64,000 bases of DNA from a bacterium (GTDB lineage: Bacteria; Myxococcota_A; Bradymonadia; REDH01). The position numbers and the translations under genes were made by a program. The DNA lies in the NCBI GenBank assembly GCA_030427825.1, contig JAUICO010000007.1:417-64416 (forward strand), in the 5' to 3' direction. The notes under the pieces are model-generated. The model did no database searches and was not told the origin of the DNA. It was given only the letters and a program-made list of their open reading frames with translations. Positions 57,948 through 64,000 of this stretch are shown piece after piece (positions within the stretch are counted from its first letter, which is position 1; the number at the start of each line of letters is the position of its first letter).

Positions 57948-59464
57948 CGATTATTCAGGGCCGGCACGTTGAGGCCGGCAGCCCGAAACAGGTCTTCGAG
58001 ACCGAAGTCGTGGTCGTCGGAACCGGCGCCGGTGGCGGCCCCTTCGCCGCGGAGCTCGCAGAAGCAGGTGTGGACGTCATCCTCGTTGAAGAGGGCGGCT
58101 ACTACCAGACCAGCGACTTCACGACCGACGCCGCGAAGATGGTTAAGATGCTCTATCGCAGCGCCGGCGCGACGATGGCGATGGGCAAGCCCAATGTGAA
58201 CTTCATGGAGGGGCGTTGCGTTGGTGGTTCGACGGTCATCAACGCCGGCATTTCCTGGCGCACCCCCGCCCGCATCCTGAAGCGTTGGCATTGGGAGCAC
58301 GGCGTCGACGATTGCGAAGAAGAGCACATGAAGCCCTTCTTCGAGAAGGTCGAAGAACGTGTGCACGTCGCTCCCCAGTCCGAAGAATCGTACGGCGGCG
58401 ACTCCGAAGTGTTCATGACGGGCTCGGAAAAGCTCGGGTACCGCTGGCTGCCGGTGCGGCGAAACCAGAAGCACTGCGTAGGTACGAACAACTGCATCCT
58501 CGGCTGCCCCACGGGAGCCAAGCAGTCGGTGCTGATCACCTACATACCGCGGGCCCTGGTCGCCGGAGCGCGCCTGCTCTCAGATTGTCGGGTTACGCGA
58601 ATCAACCACGACGGAAAGCGTGCGACTGGCATCACCGCAGAGTTTATCGACGAGAACCTGAAGACGCGTGCGAAAGTTGAGATTCGCGCTCAGCACGTCG
58701 TGATGGCAGCCGGCGCGGTGCAGACGCCGACCCTGTTGAAAAAGTCGAAAGTCGCCGACCCCCATCGCAACTTCGGCGAGAACCTCAACCTGCACCCGAA
58801 CTCCAAAGTCGTCGGCATCTTCGATCGCAAACTGGAGGCCTGGAAAGGAGCGATTCAGGGCATCCAGATCACGGAGTTCATGGAAGAAGGGCTCATGTTC
58901 GGCACGACATTCGTGCCACCTTCGGTGCACGCCATCACGCTGCCCTACTGGGGCAACAAAGCCGCCGAGACCATGGAGCACCTCAACCAGATGGTCACCG
59001 GTGCGGTCCTTGTCGAAGACGTAGATAGCGTCGGCCGTGTACGCCCCGGGTTCGGCGGTGAGGCCACGATGACCTATGCGCTCGGCAAGCATGACTACCA
59101 TCAGCTGCGCCGCGGAATCGCCCTGCTCGCCGAGATCTATTTTGCAGCCGGCGCCACCGAAGTGCACCTGCCGTACCACAACCTGGGGCGCATCCATTCG
59201 CCGGACGAGATACCGAAGATATTTGACCCGAAGCTCAAGGCCGTAGACCTCGAGGTGCTCACCGTGCACGCCATGTGCACCGCGCGAATGGGCAGAGACC
59301 CGAAGAGCTCGTCCGTCGACAGCTTTGGCAGAGTCCACGGGTACGACAACCTCTACGTCTCGGACGCGTCGCTCTTTCCCTCGCCGATCGGCGTCAATCC
59401 GATGATCTCGATCATGTCCCTCGCGACCCGAAACGCGGCCCACTGGCTCGAAGTCAACCGCTGA
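57944..59464 (+). CDS. GMC family oxidoreductase (long-chain alcohol oxidase-like)
   Basis: VVGTGAGG, EEG, GRCVGGSTVIN, C...NNC..GCP.GAKQS, H.M.TARMG, D.SLFPS..GVNP. Confidence 0.9.
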   Translation: MTIIQGRHVEAGSPKQVFETEVVVVGTGAGGGPFAAELAEAGVDVILVEEGGYYQTSDFTTDAAKMVKMLYRSAGATMAMGKPNVNFMEGRCVGGSTVINAGISWRTPARILKRWHWEHGVDDCEEEHMKPFFEKVEERVHVAPQSEESYGGDSEVFMTGSEKLGYRWLPVRRNQKHCVGTNNCILGCPTGAKQSVLITYIPRALVAGARLLSDCRVTRINHDGKRATGITAEFIDENLKTRAKVEIRAQHVVMAAGAVQTPTLLKKSKVADPHRNFGENLNLHPNSKVVGIFDRKLEAWKGAIQGIQITEFMEEGLMFGTTFVPPSVHAITLPYWGNKAAETMEHLNQMVTGAVLVEDVDSVGRVRPGFGGEATMTYALGKHDYHQLRRGIALLAEIYFAAGATEVHLPYHNLGRIHSPDEIPKIFDPKLKAVDLEVLTVHAMCTARMGRDPKSSSVDSFGRVHGYDNLYVSDASLFPSPIGVNPMISIMSLATRNAAHWLEVNR

Positions 59465-59655
59465 CCTGAGGCCCTTCGTTACAGGCTTTCTTCCGACCTG
59501 AACGAAGGTTTTTGCGCCCCAGAATTGCGTTGACGCACCGCGTCGCCCTCGGCAGGCTCCCGCCCCGATTGGCCGCTCACCGCCGCACGATTGGGTGCGC
59601 ATTGCACCCGCGAGAAGCCGGTAGCGGGCGTAGAAGCAGGGAAGAGAGTTTACAC

Positions 59656-60765
59656 ATGGCAGTACCCTTCACGTTGACGGATCCGCGCTACGAGAAGCCG
59701 GACTCCCATGGACCCATCGACCGCTTCTTTTTGCGCTACATCAAAGACGAGCGCGACCTGCCCTTTATCTATCTGAACCTGCAGGCCAGCCTCGTCCTCT
59801 TTCCCTTTGCGGTCTTTCTCTTCTGGCCCGGCAACTTCCGCTGGTGGCTGGGTCTGATCTACTTCGTGGTGCTCTACGTCGGTTTCGTCGACCGCTTCAT
59901 TTTGATGCTGCACAACACCAGCCACCGCGCATTATTCAAGCGCAGGTACCGGCTGCTGAACCTCTACATCCCCTGGGTGTTGGGGCCCTTCTGCGGCGAA
60001 ACCCCTGACACCTACTACGTGCATCACGTGCTGATGCATCACTCTGAGAACAATCTGGACAAGGACCTGAGCTGCACGATTCGCTACCAGCGAGACCGCT
60101 TCTCCCACTTCATGATGTACTTTCTGCGCTTCTTCTTTGCAGGCATCTTCGAGCTCGCCGCCTACCAGTTCAAGAAAGGCCGCGGGAACTACATCGCTCG
60201 GATGCTGGCCGGCGAGTTGGGGTTCTATGCGCTTGTCATCGGGCTCTGTTTCGTGAGCTGGCAGGCGACGCTGGTCGTCTTCATCATCCCCTTCGTGCTG
60301 ACACGATTCCTGATGATGGCCGGAAACTGGGGGCAGCACGCCTTCATCGACCCGACGGACCCGGGCAACTCCTGGCGAAACAGCATCACCTGCATCAACT
60401 CCCGCTACAATCGACGTTGCTTCAATGACGGCTACCACATCAGCCACCACGTGCGTCCGACGCGCCATTGGACGGACCACCCCGCCGAGCTTGAGAAGAA
60501 CATCGAGCGCTATCGCAGCGAAGGCAGCGTAATCTTCGAAGGCACCGACTTCTTCGAGGTGTGGCTGATGCTGATGCTCAAACGATACGACAAGCTGGCG
60601 GACCACTTCGTCGACCTCTCCGAGACGCCTCGCAGCAAAGAACAGATCGTCGAGTTCCTCCGCTCGCGCACGCGCCGAGTCAGCTACGAGCAGGTTCCGA
60701 AGGGCATGCCGCTGGGCGAGAAGCCGCCCGCGACCGGTGCTCAGCCCGCCGCGGCCGGCGCCTGA
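59656..60765 (+). CDS. Membrane fatty acid desaturase-family protein
   Basis: His boxes HNTSH, HHVLMHH, QH and HISHH; TM helices. Confidence 0.85.
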   Translation: MAVPFTLTDPRYEKPDSHGPIDRFFLRYIKDERDLPFIYLNLQASLVLFPFAVFLFWPGNFRWWLGLIYFVVLYVGFVDRFILMLHNTSHRALFKRRYRLLNLYIPWVLGPFCGETPDTYYVHHVLMHHSENNLDKDLSCTIRYQRDRFSHFMMYFLRFFFAGIFELAAYQFKKGRGNYIARMLAGELGFYALVIGLCFVSWQATLVVFIIPFVLTRFLMMAGNWGQHAFIDPTDPGNSWRNSITCINSRYNRRCFNDGYHISHHVRPTRHWTDHPAELEKNIERYRSEGSVIFEGTDFFEVWLMLMLKRYDKLADHFVDLSETPRSKEQIVEFLRSRTRRVSYEQVPKGMPLGEKPPATGAQPAAAGA

Positions 60766-61469
60766 TCGAAGACCGCTGTCGGATCCCCGGCGTATCCGAA
60801 AAGCGAGCGGATGGGCTCGGCAAGGTCGTCCGGGATGGGCGCTCGAATCAGCAGTCGTGTGTCGGCGTCGATGGACAGCTCGACGGCTGCGAGGTGCAGC
60901 GCCAGTCGCGACAGGCCCCACCGCGCCCGTGCATGGCGATTGATCTCGCCGCGCCCCCAGGTCGAGTCCCCAACGATAGGGTGCGAGATATGCTTGCAGT
61001 GGCGCCGCGCCTGGTGCTTGCGTCCGGTTGCGAGCTGCAGCGCGATCAGGCTCATTCGCTCGACCAGCGACGAACAGATGGGCCGCATGTGCGTGTGCGC
61101 AGCCTTCGCTACGCCGTCGATCTTGATGTCGCGGTTGATCATCATGGCCGTCTTCGGGTGTCCGCGCACGATCGCGACATAGGTCTTCGTCGTCGCGGGC
61201 GAAGACAGGGCGGTCTGCCACCGGGCTGCGTGCTCGCGTTCGCTCGCGAAGAGCACCACGCCGCCGGCTCCGCGGTCGATGCGGTGTACGGGAAACACGC
61301 GGCGTCCACAGATGCGACCCAGCTCCTGGCGCAGGCTACGCTCCTTACTGCCGGCGTAGTGGCTGTTGTGGACCAGCACTCCCGACGGCTTGTTGACCGC
61401 GATCAGCGTGTCCGACCGGTATAGCAGCGAGTCTTCGGACAGCTGCCAGTCGCACGGGTCTTCGATCAC
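60741..61469 (-). CDS. RluA/TruC-family pseudouridine synthase
   Basis: VNKPSG.LVH, VHRIDR, K.Y.A.V.G, TGRKHQ.R.H....HPIVGD. Confidence 0.9.
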   Translation of the reverse strand: MIEDPCDWQLSEDSLLYRSDTLIAVNKPSGVLVHNSHYAGSKERSLRQELGRICGRRVFPVHRIDRGAGGVVLFASEREHAARWQTALSSPATTKTYVAIVRGHPKTAMMINRDIKIDGVAKAAHTHMRPICSSLVERMSLIALQLATGRKHQARRHCKHISHPIVGDSTWGRGEINRHARARWGLSRLALHLAAVELSIDADTRLLIRAPIPDDLAEPIRSLFGYAGDPTAVFDQAPAAAG

Positions 61470-62125
61470 GCGGTAGCGCTCTCATCGGTGCCGGCGCGCA
61501 GCGACGACAGAGCGATGCCGAGCAGGCCGAGCCAGTACAGCGCGATGATGAAGTAGCGGGCTGAGGCGAACGGTGTGTGAAAGCGGGAAATCGCGATCAA
61601 AGAATCGCTCACGCCAAAGCTCAGTGCGCCCAGGGCTCCTACTACGGCGGAGCCGGCGCCCGGCGGCAGCGCGTTGGATGCCGCGCGCCACATCATCGTG
61701 CAGATCACACACACATAGACGCCAACCGGTACGGCAAGCGCGCCGAGATTCGGCAACACCTGGGAGTAGAGGAGGGCGCCCCACAGGACGAATGGAATCG
61801 CGAGAGCCGGTCTCATCGTGCGGTCACGGCGGACGAATGCAACGATGAAGAAGAGGTGTCCGACCAGAAAGGCGCCCACACCGAAGACAAACCAGTCCGG
61901 CGACAGCTCCAAGAGGAGGTCCCCAAGGGCGCAGAACACCAGCCCGACCACGGTCGCGCCGCGACCCGGCTCCGCCGCCCCGAAGCTGCATGTAACCGCG
62001 AGAACAAGCGCCGGAATCGTCTTCACCGCGACGCGCAGCCCGTGAAGGTCCAACGCGAGGCCGACATAAAACGCCAACACCGCACAGATGGCCAGAGCCC
62101 ACAGCGGACGCAGCGTCGCTTTCAT
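61466..62125 (-). CDS. Lysoplasmalogenase (YhhN/TMEM86 family)
   Basis: VK..P, GL.FCA.GD.LL, F..G..AFL.GH, VY..VI..M...A, GA..F.VSDS.IA..RF, Y. Confidence 0.9.
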   Translation of the reverse strand: MKATLRPLWALAICAVLAFYVGLALDLHGLRVAVKTIPALVLAVTCSFGAAEPGRGATVVGLVFCALGDLLLELSPDWFVFGVGAFLVGHLFFIVAFVRRDRTMRPALAIPFVLWGALLYSQVLPNLGALAVPVGVYVCVICTMMWRAASNALPPGAGSAVVGALGALSFGVSDSLIAISRFHTPFASARYFIIALYWLGLLGIALSSLRAGTDESATA

Positions 62126-62207
62126 GTTTTCACTCCCGCCCATGGACCCGCCACTACCAGCGGAGTGGCGCCGCGACGAGAGACATCGCGGGAGGCGCGC
62201 GCTCCGA

Positions 62208-62948
62208 TCACAATGTGCGAAAGGCCAGCACGCGCCGGACGAACTCTGCCGGTGCCTCCCGATGGATGTTGTGTCCCGCGCCGGGCACCACCTCAACGCG
62301 GGCCTGCGTCGCACGTCGGCTGATCTCGACGCCGAGCGCACAGTACTTCGGGTCCAGGGCGCCGCTCAGGAACTGAAGCCGATGTCCCATCGCGGCCAAC
62401 CTGTCCCATCGCGGCTCGGTGACGCCGGGAGAACAGCCGCGCAGAATCGCCGACCACCGCAACGCGTCCGCCTCGCTCCGCCGCTCCAACACCGCAGCGT
62501 ACACTGCCGGGTCTGCGCGCAGAGACGCGAAGAGTGGCAGCGCGTACCAGGTCTCGACAAATGCGGCGCTGCCGAGCTCTCTGAGTTCGACGGCGCGCGC
62601 GGCATCGAGTCGACGTCGCGCAGCGCGCTCCGCTTCGCCGTCGAGCCCGGGATGTGCGCTTTCGAGGGTGATTCGGTCGACCGCGCCTTCGGCAAGAGAG
62701 TGCATCGCCAACGCAACTCTGCCGCCCATCGAGTAGCCTACGAGATGCCACGGCGGCGCCACTTCGGCCGCGCGCAGGTAGCCGAGCGCCGCCTGCGCCA
62801 GGTCAGCGATCGTCGAGGGCCTGCCGGCGCCAATCAAGGCGAGGGGAATCGCGACCGGCGCACTGCCGACAGTGAGGTCCGCGGTGACGCCGGCCCAGTC
62901 GTCGACGTCGCCCAGAAACCCGTGCATGAGGATGATTCGCGAACTCAT
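62208..62948 (-). CDS. MenH-like alpha/beta hydrolase (SHCHC synthase-like)
   Basis: HGFLG, GYSMGGR, ESA.PG, R...D, WY..PLF, G..D.K, AGHN.H.E.P. Confidence 0.82.
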   Translation of the reverse strand: MSSRIILMHGFLGDVDDWAGVTADLTVGSAPVAIPLALIGAGRPSTIADLAQAALGYLRAAEVAPPWHLVGYSMGGRVALAMHSLAEGAVDRITLESAHPGLDGEAERAARRRLDAARAVELRELGSAAFVETWYALPLFASLRADPAVYAAVLERRSEADALRWSAILRGCSPGVTEPRWDRLAAMGHRLQFLSGALDPKYCALGVEISRRATQARVEVVPGAGHNIHREAPAEFVRRVLAFRTL

Positions 62949-63212
62949 GCCCGCTCACTCGCCTGAATCGCCCGCCCGCACAACGATGCTCGAGCCCGCG
63001 GGCTTGCGAGCGTCGCGCCTCGAGGGGGATCCGGCCGGGCGAGACCCGAGAAACCGACCGGTCAGTCCGACCGACCGGCCGGATTCTTCTGTATTTTCCG
63101 TGAGTTCCGTCATTGTAATCCCTCAAAACGTCCGGTAGCGAGCCGCCGTCGCGTGCCTTTTGTCAGACACCGCAGGGCACCGACGCTTCGTACCGATACC
63201 GACGCAGCAGGC

Positions 63213-64000
63213 ATGAACGACACCGCGGAACACGCGACACAGCTTGAGGACGCCCAGCTTGTGCGCGCCACTCGACGCTTCGCCGTGGAAGACCGGAGGC
63301 GAAGCTGGTGGGCGTTGACGACCACCGTCATTGCCATCGCATCGTGCATCGCCATCATCGTTGGTGCGGAGCCGCTTCTCGCCGGCGCGGGCCTGCACCC
63401 CGCTGCCATCTGGGCGATGCGCATCGGAGCCTCGGGCCTGCTCGCCCTCGTCTACGTCCGTCTCTTCATCATGTTTCATGACTACGTGCATGGCGCGATG
63501 TTCAGGAAGTCGGCGCTCGGCAGGGTGCTCATGGAGGCGGTCGGGCTCTTCATGATGACTGCGAGCTCGGTCTGGCGCGAAACCCACGACTACCACCATC
63601 GAAACAACGCGCGCATGATCGGCTCTGCGATCGGCTCCTACCCCGTCGTTTCAACGCGTGTGTGGAAGCGAATGCCTGCCGCGCAACGCCGAAGCTACCG
63701 AATCGTTCGCCATCCGCTGAACATGCTCTTCGGCTACATCACGGTGTTCGCGATCGGCATGTGCATTGCGCCCTTCAAGAGAAACCCGCGCATGCACTGG
63801 CCTGCGCTGCTCTCGCTGCTTCTTCATATCGCCCTGGTCAGCGTGCTTTGGGTCTTCGCCGGCTGGGACATCGCGCTTCTGACCGTCATCGCGCCTTTCG
63901 CAATCTCCCTCGCCGCCGGTTCCTATCTTTTTTACGCGCAGCACAACTTTCCCGAGGCGCGGTACACCTCTCGCAAGGATTGGACCTTCGCCGGCGCGGC
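63213..64000 (+). CDS. Fatty acid desaturase (3'-partial; not in the ORF track)
   Basis: Manual translation MNDTAEHATQLEDAQLVRATRRFA...; RLFIMFHDYVHG, WRETHDYHH, YLFYAQHNF; runs off the window end. Confidence 0.88.
   Translation, partial: MNDTAEHATQLEDAQLVRATRRFAVEDRRRSWWALTTTVIAIASCIAIIVGAEPLLAGAGLHPAAIWAMRIGASGLLALVYVRLFIMFHDYVHGAMFRKSALGRVLMEAVGLFMMTASSVWRETHDYHHRNNARMIGSAIGSYPVVSTRVWKRMPAAQRRSYRIVRHPLNMLFGYITVFAIGMCIAPFKRNPRMHWPALLSLLLHIALVSVLWVFAGWDIALLTVIAPFAISLAAGSYLFYAQHNFPEARYTSRKDWTFAGA

Overview
High-GC bacterial chromosomal window. Gene content (TIGR02266 PilZ protein, split F0 atp operon with a signal-peptide-bearing subunit c, Gly-rich and Cys-rich secreted proteins, kinase-FGE fusion) suggests a Myxococcota/Bradymonadia-like deltaproteobacterium; this is inference. 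Most of the window is housekeeping: gyrA, hemL, atpI/B/E, pdxA-surA, bioA, purE, rpsD, rng, rho-rpmE-prfA, ruvX-mltG-dusB. I could not recognise a mobile element, CRISPR array, tRNA or rRNA. The best candidate for an undescribed system is a lipoprotein carrying the motif series of the FAM20C/Four-jointed secretory-pathway kinases (33729-35159), encoded 6 nt downstream of an exported purple-acid-phosphatase-like enzyme (35166-37130): a possible extracytoplasmic kinase/phosphatase pair. Other points of interest are an SQR / DUF1641-TusE fusion / DsrE2 sulfur operon, a probable 154-nt ruvX-mltG overlap, an orphan Dam-type methylase, a lipid-modifying cluster (GMC oxidase pair, two desaturases, lysoplasmalogenase) and several palindromic REP-like repeats. 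All family calls come from reading motifs by eye; no searches were run.
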